Shown one piece after another: positions 1 to 13,899 of a stretch of DNA of 64,000 bases. The stretch covers positions 18,974,001-19,038,000 of the forward strand of contig NC_045696.1 in assembly GCF_009834535.1 (NCBI RefSeq), written 5' to 3'. The notes under the pieces are model-generated. The model made no database searches and was not told the origin of the DNA. It was given only the letters and a program-made list of their open reading frames with translations. Positions within the stretch are counted from its first letter, which is position 1, and each line of letters opens with the position of its first letter. This stretch comes from Camelus ferus (lineage: Eukaryota). Made by a program: the position numbers and the translations under genes.

Positions 1-3000
1 AGCTAGTGGCCAAGCGATGGAGCACCAGGGACTCGTAAATGACATGAAGCATTTCAGTGCTCTGAATTGGGCACACCTTGAAGTTGCCTGTAATTTTCAA
101 AATGCCACTTGAACTTCTTGGTGTATATACTCTACTGTGCTTTCTGGAGTACATATATGTATTGTCTAGATTTTAAAAAGGATAATGCAGCTATAATTCT
201 TTTTTAAGTTAATTTTTTCGTATCAGCTTTAGATTTAACAATATAGCATGGAAACAAGGTAAATTCTAGCTGTGGGTTGGGAGGATCACAATGTTGACAA
301 TGCATTCAATGATAACAATATACCTTTAATGATAATTAAAAATTACTTTAAAGTAAATTATCTATGTACTAACATGTGATTTATTTACCAAAAAAAGTGA
401 TAATAATTAGTAGTCAAAAGACTTAAAACTAAAATAACATTTTATAGAGAAAGTCTTTTTTCACTATCTGTATGACCCTGGCTAGTGATGATGACTACAA
501 TCTTACCTGAATAATTATTGTCAGTAAACCTTCATTTATTTCTTTTAGGAATCAACTTTATTACTTCCATTATATTATATTTTTAGATTTTAATATAGCC
601 ATAATGCTGTCATTATCACTGGTAGCTTCCTTTTATTCATTAATGAAAGAAACCTGTTGTTTCAAATTAGAACACTAATGGAGATGTTATTTGCATAGGC
701 AGAGTGAAGGAGTGATTAGATTAATCAAAATTCTCTGATTAGGAGAATACGTCCTAGTTTCAGTCCATGGTAATTACTCAGAAGCCATCATATTACATGA
801 TATTTTAATTGAAAATTTTGTTGCCTGTGTTTTCTCAGCTTCTTCACTTCCTATATTGCATCTTTGCTGCTTTATTTTATGCATATTCTGAATTATTTCT
901 GTCTCTGAATTGTTCAAGCAATGAATCTGTGTTTATACATAACCTCAAGTAATTTGACATATGCTTATTAAAATTAAATGCATTTCTAAAAAGTTTTTGA
1001 CCCAGCAGAAATACATGAAAATACACATAGAATAATTCTAATTATGAAAAATCATGACAATTTTGAAGAAAAACAATGGAACAAAGTATTGAAATCATCA
1101 GACTCAGAAGAATAAATGACAAGTAAATTTGCACTTTTCAATAATTAATTTGCTCGTTAGAATAACCTTAGAAATTAATAAAATTGTTTAAGGTAGAAAA
1201 CCCAGAAATATTTGAAAATTGTTCAAATGTAGCAAATACAAGCATTTAAAGGCTACATTCTGACAGCTATTCCTCAGATTTCTGTCTTTTAACTTGAAAA
1301 TCGAGAGTAATACTTGTGTTTAGATGAATCTATATGTGAATGAATGTTTCAAATTGAATTTATAATTTAAGACTTACCTTTATATTAAAATTTTATCTTT
1401 CATAATTCATTCATTCTACAAATCCTTTCTGATATTTACGTAAGAAAAAGATGATAGAATTTTTTTCCAAGGAAATCTTATAATTTTGGACCATTTGGAA
1501 TACAATAAAATGTAACCACTGCTCTGTGTAACTCATTTACTCAAATACATATATACACATAATGTTAATTTCAAGAAAAGCAAACAGAAAAGTTGTAAAA
1601 CAGAGAATCTTTACAAACATAAGGCCATAGAAGCAGCCCTCAATCAATGATGGAGAATAATTCTTGGTGGATGAACATTCCAGTTTTCTTTCTCACCCTG
1701 TGCCTTTCTAGATAGTACATTTTAATAAAGTGGTTGTAGAACAGGTCAAAATCAAAACATATTTCATAGTAAAAAAGCTGAGATGAAGGGATATTTAAGG
1801 AAGACTTTTTTTTGAGTAGTTTAATAGATTATAAAGACACCTGACAGAAGTATTGAGATTTTATAATTTTCTTTCTTTTATAAGTGAATTTGCTTCAAAT
1901 TAATAGGATAAATGAAAATTTTATATAAATAAAATTCAACACCAAAGAGCAACAGATTTGAGATAAACATTTGTGTAATGTAGAAAAAAAGTATAACTAA
2001 ATGAAATTCTGAAATTTCTGCATAATCAATTTATATAAAAAATAAACTTCAAATTGTTCATTAAGATATATGAATAAAAATAGCAAGAGAATAATAAAAT
2101 TGTAAGTAAACCTGATGTGCATTGTTACATGTCTAGTAAAAAAAAAATAAGAAACGTAACCTTTTACTAATAATATTTAACAGTTTAAATTTTGGTTCAT
2201 ATGTCTAATCTACATTTGAACTTAATCATTGAATTCCTTTTTGAATTAGCATTTGTGTGGAAAATCTCATCTTTAAAAATTTTTATTAGTATCTTAGTAA
2301 AAAAAAATTGCAGATTAGGTGGGAATTACATACACATACACATACGTGTGTGTGTATGGTTATTCTAACTCACAATATAAATGAAAGCAATATTTTTACT
2401 CTGATTTCTCTCAATTTACTTATTACTAATTCCAGATATTTTTATCAGAAGTAACATTAAAATACTGCCAATTTACAGTATTTCTTGTTTTACTTTTTGA
2501 GTATTACAAAAATGTTCACATTCCCAGTGTCACTCATGGCCAGATTTATTGTTAATCTGTTCACCAATAACAATTTAATAAACAGTTTTTTTAAATAATG
2601 GATTTACTTCTTAGTTATAAAACCCACAGGAAATTATACATAAAAAATGCATTTAAATTAACATTCTCTGATTACTTGATAAATCTCCCATTTATGCTGC
2701 TAAACATGCTCCAAGCAGAGCAGACATACTCTAACAGTGAATTTTTTGTCACATTTTTATTAGTTTCCATGTAGATACATAATACTTTATGACAAAAACT
2801 TTTTAACATAATATTGGGAATCCATGACAAAGTTGTATTGCTTAAAATTCCAAGTTTAAGATCATTGCCCACATGGGTTGGAAATATATAACATTAATTT
2901 TTTTAAAATTTCCATTTGTTTGGGAAAGGGAACTTAAAACATAAATACTTGTTTTATCCTGAAATGTAGAAATTCTTCTGCTACTAATAAAGTGCAGTTG

Positions 3001-5157
3001 GACTGAATTATTTATGTGTTTCATTATGGGAAACACTGGATAAATATCAACAAAGAAGAGTAAATCATGCAATGAATACAGAACCTCAACACTGTCCTAC
3101 GGCACCAAGAAGTGCCTCATGTTCATACCGCGTTAGAATGCACTTGACATCTATTCACTAATCTCCTTAATTTTTTTTGGTTTGTTGGTATAGATTGGTT
3201 TCCTGAGATTTTTAAATGCATCGAGAATAAATAAGCTCATAAATATTATTGTTAAACAGTGACAAATGGATATTAGCTCATGAAGGTTAAAATTCAACGT
3301 GGACATTTAGTATAATGGTAATATAAGCTTATTTTTTATATCATTTGTTTTGTTATGCCTGTTTAACCACCATATGAATAATGCTTAGTATTTCCGTTCC
3401 TATGGCAAAACTCTAATATATTCAGCAAATTTTAATTGAAACTTGGAGAAGAAAATATATGAAAACTTAAAATATGGGTTGGTACTTCACTATTCAGGCC
3501 AAATACCCATAGGATTTATTTTTACTAACTGTACATAGAGTCTCATACAATACTGCCATGGTTCTAGGCACATTGAGGATCAAGAGACCTACTTTTGACA
3601 AATATCTTAGAAAATGCATTCGTGAAGTATCATTAAGTCCTCCTAAAAGCCCTGTATTTCCTGGACTGATACATCATTTGTACATCTATTTTTCAGGTCC
3701 TTCCACACAATCTAAGGCGTATAAACTCTGCTTTAAAAAAAAAAAAAATAAAGTCAATACCTACTAATTGCTTCCTGAGTAGATTTTGGTGTTATTTCAG
3801 TGAAAGGTATAATTTAGCAAACAGATTTAGCAAGCAGCAGATAAAACAATTAGTACAAAGATCTTTCGTGAAAGAAGTGGCTGGCAGTACACCTGCAGTG
3901 AAGGCTGAATTTGTAATTTAGAAAACAGATTCAGGAAGTGGCCGATACATCAATTAGTTTAAAAATCTTTTTGTGAGAGAAGTAACTCACAAAATAGGCA
4001 GACGGAAGATGCATTTGCATACAAATAATATGTCAATTTCACTGAAAGGCAAATAATTTTCCATTTTCACCTCTTAACCTTTTTTCTTTCCTGATGATTT
4101 TCTTTCTCTTCCTGTATTACAGATGGTTAAGGCACTAGGATATTTCAAAAGTCATGACGTTAGCAGTGTTGTCTCAGGTAGTAGCGCAACTAAATTTTTA
4201 ACGAATAATAACCACCATTCACTGGATCATAGTATCTACTGGATTGTGGAAAAGAATGAATTTCTTTCACTTTTCTCTAATGGCTCTGTGCTTTCTTGAC
4301 CATAGCTTGGGCTTCACAAACAGAAGTGCCATGTTAGGCACAATTAAAAATTTGGGAAGCCAAACCAACATGGACTTATAGTAAGAGTATTTAGGATATC
4401 ATTCACTATTAGGGTCCTGACACAGAAGCAAAGAAAGCATTAAAATGGTACTAATGAACCAAGGAATGGAGTCACAGTAAGTTTCATTGGATTACATTAG
4501 CTTCAAATTTCTTGCTCTTACTTACAAAAGGAAGTTTGTAGTGTAGATATCGGGTCCTCAGGGGTAGGCCCTGTTCATCTCAGTTACACTGCTATCAAGG
4601 GACCCAGGTTAAAAACCAATGAGATTCACTAAAGCAAGAGCAGCTGCTTGTTGAACCTGAATTACCCTGTGTAAAGTGATGAGAAGTCCTCTAGAACCCA
4701 TGACTGTTGCCATGAATCTCACTTGATATTTACAATTATCAAGTCCTTGGGAATTACAGTATATTAAACAACTTCCTGATTTCAGAGATGTTGTCAGACT
4801 TTAAACTTTGGAACTTCTTTGTTTAACTTTGATGTGTTCATGGCCAATAAACAACCACTCTTGTCTTCCCTGTAATATGTAACCATCAAGCCCTCATGGT
4901 GATTCTGCATCTCTTTACCCTAAGAAGCTTCAGCTCACCGATAATAGGAGAGAGCTCTGCTTTGTTTAAAAGAGTCTGGTTTGTTTAAATTAAAATTTAC
5001 TCAATTTACTCAGTTCAGAAAAATTTCTTGTACAAAATGCATATTCTTATTCATTTTCCAAGTTCCATTTGTTACTCATGCTCTCACTAGCATTTTGCTT
5101 TTTGTTGTTCAATGTTGCTGTTTTATACATTTGTTTAATTCTTCACTATTCTGAAAG

Positions 5158-5347
5158 GAGAGGTGGGCAGATTTTTTTCTCTACAGGGCTCTGTAGGCAA
5201 TATGGCCTCTGTTGCAACTACTTAACTCTGTCACTGTGGTAGGAAAGACATCTTAGACAATAGGTAAAAATGAGTGTGATTGTGTTCCAATAAAATATTA
5301 TTTACAGAAAACAGGTGGTAGGCATGATTTGGTGCATGCTAGCCCTG
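5158..5347 (+). mobile_element. MER58A-like hAT-Charlie non-autonomous DNA transposon relic
   Basis: Contains recalled MER58A blocks GGCCTCTGTTGCAACTACTTAACTCTG, TGTGTTCCAATAAAA..TTTAC and ACAGGTGGTAGGC..GATTTGG; ends in CCCTG. No clear TSD. Confidence 0.75.
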
Positions 5348-6685
5348 CTTTAGGAATTATGAATTAGTGTTGTGTGCATTTACTCATACTCTTTTCACTC
5401 TGGAAGAAGCTTCATGAATCATGTGCTTAAAGAATAATTGCTCAATCTAGGACAACTCTATGAAATATGAATTTAGTATTGAGTAATAGTAGATCTCTCA
5501 AAACATTACCTTTCAATTTAGTGAAAAATCTTCCAAGAATTGTCATATTAAGTGATAGTGAAAAAATACTTTATCCATGAAACAATTGGTTATAAAATAT
5601 AAATTTATATCATATATGTCATATATTAACTCATATTTATATGTAACACACTTTCAATTTACTTTAAATTTTAATTATTGTGGTATAAGCTCTATCATTA
5701 AAACTTTGAAATAGAGAATTGGAAGTAAAAGAGATTATAAAAATAAGTTGATACAAATTCTATATTCCACCAACAAGAAACTGAAACGAACAATGCCATA
5801 TATTTCATGGTTCTAGGAAAAACAAGGTCGGGATCTGATTTCATTGACTCCCTACTATTATTTTAATATTTCTTGAAAAAGTTGCCTTTTTTTTCTTCTA
5901 AAAAATTGATCAACTTCTGATGTAGCACAAAGTCTATCAATCAATGGCTTACATGATCAAATATGCTACTTACTCAAATTGACCTAGTTATGCAGATTTT
6001 TCTCTTAAGTGTTAAAAACCATAGCCTATATTTTAACATAAACATCTTTAAAGAATTAATGATCATTAAATAATGAAAAGCATATATAGACTTCATTCAA
6101 ATTAAATTCTCCCACCATGTGATTATAATTTTCCTTTGACTATAAGATATTGTAAACTAAAAAGGATTCTAATATAGCAAAATAATCCTGTTGTAGCCAG
6201 TTTATTGTTTATATAGTGTTTTGAATTTGAGTTTTTTAGAAGTAATATATGTTGTGTACATATCTGGGTTTTCAAGGTGATAAGATTGTCATCTAAAAAT
6301 GGCTGAAGCAATCAACAAAAGACTTAGAAATCAATCTTGGAGCATTATTATTAATTAATATTGAAAATAATCAGCTGTTCTGAATTTCCATAATCAATAT
6401 ATTAAATAAACATAAGAAACAGTCCTTCATTTGAAGATCACACAATTAAAGGTTAAACTGTAGATGATATTAACACTTAATAGTAACTGTTATTTCATTT
6501 AATTGATTCAATCTTTTTAATTTAAAACATGGATAATATCAAAGATTAAATAGTGCCACAAATCATATACAGCATTAATCATAGAAAAGGAACACACAAG
6601 TAATCACTTTGAAATGTACTTGGAATGAATTTTCTAGATCAAAAGAGGGATACTTCCCAAATGACCATAATTATAATCTTTGATT

Positions 6686-6763
6686 ATAGTGGAAATAATA
6701 TATTTATGTGTTCTTTTATCTGAATAGTGGAAATAATATATTTATGTGTTCTTTTATCTGAAT
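6686..6763. repeat. Exact 38-bp tandem duplication
   Basis: ATAGTGGAAATAATATATTTATGTGTTCTTTTATCTGA at 6686-6723 and 6724-6761, followed by AT matching the unit start. Confidence 0.97.
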
Positions 6764-6936
6764 TAGCAATTGCTCCATTTCTGCAAGTCCAAAGTCTACC
6801 TGTTTTTCACTTATAGCACAAATTTATGAAGTCATCATTTTTGCCTCATTGCAAATACTAGATCCATTTTCAGGACTCCTACAGCACTTTATCTTTACTA
6901 TTCTCACATGATAGCATTTGTGTTTTGTTATGCATA

Positions 6937-6939
<3 letters not shown>

Positions 6940-6971
<32 letters not shown>
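6940..6971. repeat. (TA)n microsatellite
   Basis: Uninterrupted TA run seen directly. Confidence 0.97.
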
Positions 6972-6974
<3 letters not shown>

Positions 6975-7078
6975 TTGTACTGCTAAACTCAAAGATTTTA
7001 GAGATCAGTATCCAAATATTGTATTTACATCTGTACATCATCTAATACTTCTATTCATTTATTTCAACAGTTATTAAC

Positions 7079-7549
7079 CATGGCGGGCTAAATAATGTCC
7101 CCCACTCCCACTAAAGATGCCCATATCTTAATCCCCAAAACCAGTGAATATATTACTTTATCTGGTAAAGGGACTTTGCAGATCTAAGATAAGAGTATTA
7201 AGATGAAGTGACTTCTTGGGTTATCTAGATGGGTTCAATGTAATTACAAGGATCCCTATAAGATGGAAGTAGAGGACGTCAGAGTCAGAGAGGTTTGAAG
7301 ATGCTATCCTATTAGCTTTAAAGATGGAAGATGCAACCACGGCACGAGGAACGAAGGCAACCATTAGAATCCAGAAAAGGCAAGGAAACAGATTCTCCCC
7401 TAGAGCTGTAGAAGGGACACAGCCCTGCTAGACGATTGATTTTAGTATTTCTGACCTCCATGACTATGAATGAAAACTTTGTGTTGTTTTAAGCTACTAC
7501 CTACTACCTTTGTAATAATTTATCACAGTAGCAATAGAAAATTAGTACA
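7079..7549 (+). mobile_element. MLT1D-like MaLR solo LTR
   Basis: Recalled MLT1D blocks GGGACTTTGCAGAT, AAAAGGCAAGGAAACAGATTCTCCCCTAGAGC, TTTGTGTTGTTTTAAGC, and 3' end AGCAATAGAAAATTAGTACA. Confidence 0.85.
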
Positions 7550-8606
7550 TCACCTTTATTTAATTTGCATTTCTTTATATATGTATCAGCCTTACATACA
7601 TGTATCTTTATTATACATCTATCTATATTATTTAATAAGTAGTTTGAATCAGAAACTGATTTTCATTTGGAATGGGTTGTATTCCAGATTTCTTCTGAGT
7701 AAGTAGTGTTGAGTGGCTCACAGTACTTATTTCAACAGTTGCAGGAATGCTGTGATAAAACCTGGGGCAGATGCATATGTTAAGAGGGAAAGAGGAATTC
7801 TCTGTAAATCAGACTCGAGGGTATAAAATGGTAAAGAATGGGGTACCTTTGAAGAATAAGAAATACACACTAGATCAAGATGGGAGGCAGAAGAAAAAGT
7901 TATGACAGAGAATAAGCCTTGGGTAAATGTAAATGACCATTCACATTCAGGTAAACTCAAAACTCAAGTAAAGCGATTGCCTTGGAACAAGTGGTACATG
8001 GAAGGGATTGTACAATCTGAGCTACAGAGTTAGAAGAATGTCAGGCCATTGCTCACCATATGCACTTATTTAGAAATTTCAACTTTACTCTGAAAGTTTT
8101 GAGGGTCGTTGAAGACTTTTTATCATAAATTAATGCAAAAAAAAAAAAAAGAGGCAGCAACAAGTCGGAAGCTTAATTGGAAAAACAGCCTTTTTAATTC
8201 AAACGGTGGTGTCGCCATTTATGGAAGTCATGAGAGTGAGGGATTCTGTGAGATGAATTTTTTTAAAAATCTAGTTTAAACAGAAATTTGAGATATTACT
8301 TTATGAAATAGAAACATTTAAGTATGATAGTCATGCAAGGGATGTGTTTGGAGAATGAGAAATCTGTTTGTCCTTAAAGGAAATCTCAGAAGCGGCAAAC
8401 GCGGCTGTGTTTTATGTTTGCTTCGCTTGGAGACGTACAAGATCATCCGCCTAGTAGCAAACTCTTTCAATGACCAAAGGTTCATGACCTAAAGAATTCC
8501 AGACACTAAATTCACATCTATCATGAAATGTTATAAACTCTATTACAACTGAGCAATGAATTCTCACCCTACTACCCAGAATTGGCTTTCATATCAAGAA
8601 GCAATT

Positions 8607-8790
8607 GTGGGGGAGGGTATAGCCCAGTGGTACAGTGCATGCTTAGCATGCACAAGGTCCTGGGTTCAATTCCCAGCACCTCTGTTTAAAAAAAAAATTT
8701 AAATAAATAAATAAGCCTAATTACCCCCACCAAAAAAAAAAAAAAAAAAAATCACATAAATAAGAAATCATAAATAAGATTTTTTTTTAA
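8607..8790 (+). mobile_element. tRNA-Ala(AGC)-derived SINE, Vic-1-like (camelid), with A-rich tail and 11-bp TSD
   Basis: GGGGAGGGTATAGCCCAGTGGTACAGTGCATGCTTAGCATGCACAAGGTCCTGGGTTCAATTCCCAGCACCTC carries an A box, a B box (GGTTCAATTCC) and an AGC anticodon arm. It is followed by AAATAAATAAATAAGCCTAATTACCCCCACC and poly-A. TSD AAGAAGCAATT at 8596-8606 and 8791-8801. Confidence 0.9.
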
Positions 8791-11779
8791 AAGAAGCAAT
8801 TAAATACCTATTAATGGCATGCATCTGTGCCTGTCAGGAGCCCCTTCCATTTATGAACAGAAACACTGAAAAAAACAATGAAAATAAGATTTGATTGTTT
8901 CTACTTTCAGATGAGATTGGCCAGCTGATGTGATGAGGAACAGAAATAGGCATAACTGTCTCTTTATCTTAATAAGGATTCTGATCTCATCTTTTATTTC
9001 TGCCCTCTGATCTGTCACACAAAATGCGAGGTCAGAGGTAAGACATGGATAATATTGTATAATCACTATGTCAGATGTGCCTTTACAATGCCGCATAATG
9101 GTGCAACTCTGTCATTTGATTTAAGCAATTAGTCAGTGAAAAGATTGGAACCAAGTCTCTGAACCAAGTCACTCAGTTAAGGAAAAGCTAGGTGTTTTGT
9201 TAATCCAATAGATCTAAACAGGTGCTGAGTTTTGAATTTTTATTAATTAAAAGGAGAGAATAATATTGATAGAACATTTAAGAAATAACAGGGAATAAAG
9301 ATCAGCAAGGGGAACATGCTGCATGAAAATGTAAAATCATAACATATTGAGAGACAATAAGAATTTTTTATTAGTTCATTGAGTTATAACGTTGGGCCCA
9401 CCAGACATGTCTGTAACAATCAAACTCAGGTGACAAGAATAGGTTTAGCAACATTGCCAATTCTTTCTGAAAATTCTGTTTTTTTTTTTTTTCTTTTCCA
9501 GTTAACTGATTCTTCACATTTAATTAACAGAAGATTTTATAGAGTGAAAATGTCAAACAGATTTAGACATTTTTGGACTAGTAATAATCAAAATTATAAT
9601 CTGTATTTGCTACTGTGTTAAATTTTGCTTGTTTTTTTTCTATTTCCTTCTTTGCCTCTAGTGAAGTCTGTTTTTCTGTGTGTTCTTATGTCTTTTATGT
9701 ACCTTAGTACCTACCAAATGCCTGCAGTATTGTGTGTTCACAGTCTTTTGTTTGAATAAGTTGAATGAATTGTGTGATATTTAATAAGCTCAGGCAGTTC
9801 CATTGCTCAGTAGTAGTCTAGACATAGATATGCGTGAATTTATGCAGTTTGGAATAAATCATAGCTCACGTGAAAATTATCTGCCACGAGCACAAAACCA
9901 GGCGTCTCCTTGGCATTTGTCTCTGTACATGTTAGATAATCCTGCATCGTGTTAGGGAAACTCAGCTCATCCCTAGAATACTGGTGTGCTATGTAAGGAG
10001 GATAAAACATCTTCCAACTGTATGATGTTCTTTCCTTGGATTCACTCCTTGAGGATTACTTCCATTGACTTCTTTAATGGATTCTTACCAAAAGAAGAAG
10101 GAATGAACTAAAACAAGTCTCGTGTGCTTATCTACGGAGGTCTCCCTGCCCTGGAAAAGTATAGATTTGGGTGTGTTATGACAACTCTTCTCTGCCATTA
10201 AGATTTTTTATTTTTTGATTCTTTTGTACTCTTTTATTTGGCATTTGTGTTTTAAAGACAATTCACTTTAGGAAATGGAAGCATTGATTAATTAGTGAAC
10301 AATTTTTAAAAATGTAAGTTTAACATATGGGTGGGAGTTGGAATAAGAGAGATGACAAGTAGCAATACTATGATAAGAAAAGAGGAATGCAGCTTAAATT
10401 CTTTGCTTTTCACTAATTAAGATCATGCCAATCTAAAAGGAAGTTAAAATATTATTGTCCTAAGGAGTCTGAGGAATTTGAAAATCAGAGACTCAAAAGA
10501 GTTCTCAGTATAGATATTAACAACTGTGGATGATTGCCAGAGTCTGCGTAAAGAACAAGATTCTACAGCTTCATATATATATCTTTACAGAGTGTACAAG
10601 AGAATAAGCATTCAGGATAATTAAAAAGGGTGAGAGATACAAGGTCTGGAGGTCAGATGTTTATGTGTGAAGAGAATCTTGGGTCCATGATCTGGAAGTG
10701 GCACTGGCAGGCAAGACACAGTCAACATCATAACTGCTGTCACTGAAAGTCCAGGAAGGTCGAGAGCCAGGCCCACAGTGGAAGCATCAGGGTAGAATAT
10801 CTGAAAAAAATACCCCTATTTTTGTACCCATAAGAGCAGTTTCACCAAGGGTTATGGTGCATTAATTATAGGCAGAAAAAAAGAAGTGAAAGTAACTTTT
10901 AAAAGAATAAACAAATGTGATTTTTGTACAAGGAGCTTATGTAAGCCGAGAAATGAGAAGTTCATTTGCATAGTGGTAGATGTGATGAGCAGGGATGATT
11001 GAAACACTTGATTAGGAGCAAAATGTATTCTGACATTTTAAGTTTGATTTACTCGATTGAGAAGAGAGGGTTTATTATCACCTGGGTATCTAAACTAGGA
11101 TAGGGCCATCTGACTTAAATGATTTTCTAATCTTCTTCTGCCAGAGTTAAAAAAAAAACTAAAATACAAATTCAAGTTGTCATGAGACAGGATGAAGTCA
11201 TTTATATAATAACATGTACATGGTAAAACTCTAGTCAACCTTCTTGTCTCAGCTCAAATGATTCCTCTTTTATGAGAATTTCTTTGATCTTTGTGCATAA
11301 CTGTGCTCACATTTATATAAGGGGCATAGAACATCAAATTATCTGACAAAGAAGGAGGTCATAAGGAGTCAGACAGATGTTATAGAACTAAGGAAACAGA
11401 TGAAAATCCAGACAGAGATAGGCAAGGAATTGGGGTACTCCTGGAAACAAGAGTGGGAGACCATGAACATGACTCAGCACTATATGGAGTAAGGAGAATG
11501 TTGAGGGGAGACTGGTGCCTTGTCCATTCAATGAATTGAGACTTTTGTTAAAAATAGATTATTTGAAAGAAGAGAAAAAGCAGAGCAGAAACTTCAAGAA
11601 AACTCTAAAATTCTCTCTCGTAAGAAGTATTCTCTTTCTGAGATGCAAGATTCTGTATACGAAAACTAATATATTTATTAAAGTTCCCCCTCGTTATAGT
11701 AATGGAAACATACATGAGTCCTTACAAACATCGTCTCCTTGAGTGAAGGTCAGTGGCTTCTCTTTTAAAAGTCTGCATC

Positions 11780-12460
11780 GACCTCCTTTGCTGGTTTCTC
11801 ATCCCTTCACCAATCGGTGAGTGTTGCAGTGCCATGTGACTTAGTTCTTTGGGCTTCTCAAGTTGAATTCACTCCCAGCATTACTTTATCTCTCACCTTA
11901 TCTTTAAATGCCATTTAAGGCTGATGATATCTGCAATATTTCATTTAGTCCTTAGCTCCTCTCTGAACCCAAGATTCAAATTTCCAAAACAAATAATCAG
12001 CATCACAGACTGGATGTCAAGAAGCATCTCAAAATTAATTTGCCCATAAGTCTTTGTTTGGATACATGTTTCTCCAGATCTTCTCCTCCCATATTTTCCA
12101 TTTCAGCCATTGATACTAGCATTTAACCCAGTGGCTCAAACCAAAAACCTAACTATCAGGCTTAACTCTCCTTTCCCTCTCATTTTATGTTATATATTTC
12201 AGTATTCAATCCATCAGAAAATCTTTGTGCTCTAACTTCAAAAATCGTTATCTCCCATCCAAAGCATTTTTCACATTTCTGATACTATCAGTTTAGTCTA
12301 AGTCTAAGCAAAATTGCCTCCTGCCTATTGCAGTTGACTTCTGTCTGCTCTGCCTAATTCTACTCTTAGCTCCTTTTCCATCAGAGTTGACAGACTCAGC
12401 CTCCCAAAACTGGAAATCAGAGCAGACTAACATCTGCTTTCAAAATAGCTTTCAAACTCA
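11780..12460 (+). mobile_element. L2 LINE fragment, highly decayed
   Basis: L2-like blocks TTTAAATGCCATTTAAGGCTGATGA, CTCCTCTCTGAACCCAAGATTCAAATTTCCAA, CTGGATGTC..AGCATCTCAAA, GCTCAAACCAAAAACCT. Boundaries approximate. Confidence 0.7.
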
Positions 12461-13899
12461 CCCTTGTTTATGTCTGTATCTTTTTGTGATCAGGCTGTTT
12501 GCCTACTTTTGGCATCATCTTCATCTCAGTGCTCTTATTTCTGTTTATCAAGCTTATTTTACAACATCTAACACATTTGATCACACTCATTTTGGATTTA
12601 AACTCTGAGCTGTATGTTGAAATGCTTGATTGTTTCAAAAATTTAATATTCCCATGACCATGTGTGCCAGTTGTGGTGTTATTTGTGTGAGTTGTGCTTT
12701 CCTTCGGTGTGTACTGTGTATGGAAGCTATATTGATCACAGTGTAACTCCTAGAGATGATTCTTGCAGGAGAGGCTACAATCTGCTCTCTAGCAGTTACC
12801 TTTGTCTTTACATAAGAAATAAATCATGTGTTACAACCATATGCCAGTAATATATCTTTCTTTTAATTTTATTCATGTATTGTTTTTTAAAGTTACTCAG
12901 AAATAGTAAAAGAATTTCTATAGATGTTTCAATTTCAGTACCAATACACTTCTTGTAACCTTGGGGCATTATCTGAATATTAGTTTGGCATTGGTATTTT
13001 TGACATACGACTTTTCTGAACTTAGCATTAACTATAATAATGATGAGAAGTGACGACTCTGATAATGTGCAGGTCATAGTGTGAAAATTAATGGTGCAGT
13101 AAATATTTCCTGAAAGGGTATGTCCAGGTTTTTAAATAAATGCTGTGCATTTCTGAGAGAAATTTTTTGTAGAAGAATAAATGCAACAGCTGTTTTTTAA
13201 TCATATGTAGAAATTCTGATTCTAATCTGTTATATTTAATAGCACAATGCATTTGAGAGAATGCACTACTAAGTATTCATGTTACTAAGCATTTTTTGCA
13301 CAATAAGCATCACTAAAATAACTCATACTCTGTGTTTTTGAAAATAGATTGCCGTTTTCCCCCACTAGGCTCATTTCTTTCCCTAACACATGGCACTAGC
13401 AACTAACCTTGAGCTTGGTTCAATAAAAGGCCTTCACGTTTGTTTTTTTGTCTCTTCAAGTTAGCCACCCATGTCTCTATACGATGGGTGGAAGTCTTCT
13501 AGGGAGAAGAGACACACCTGGGAAAGAAACCAGGGATTAACACCCTCTTTCTTCGAACACTTCAATAAGAGGACATAATCAGTGTCACTAGAGTAAACAG
13601 CAAATCTTACTACATTAAGTGTTTAAAACAGTATTGGAAATAGTGGCACTTACTGACAATAGCTTGCAATTCATGCACACATTTGTGGTTATGATATTAG
13701 TGTATCTTATTTTGAAACCTTAATTAACCCTGAGAATTCCAGTATAGTTACTTCTGTTCACCATCTGAGTCCAATAAACCCTTTAGGAACAAATTTGAAA
13801 GGAAGAATAAAGAGATAATGAAAAGCGAAATTGTTAGAAATTTTACACACCATTTAATAAACACAGATTTTTATTCCAGATGTTCCTGATTTTAAAGAC

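Noticed and set aside
6686..6763. CRISPR-like 38-bp repeats
   Set aside because: Only two adjacent copies, no spacer, and no cas genes.
8609..8683. Functional tRNA-Ala gene
   Set aside because: It has substitutions relative to tRNA-Ala, a SINE-type tail with poly-A and a TSD, so it is a retroposed SINE.
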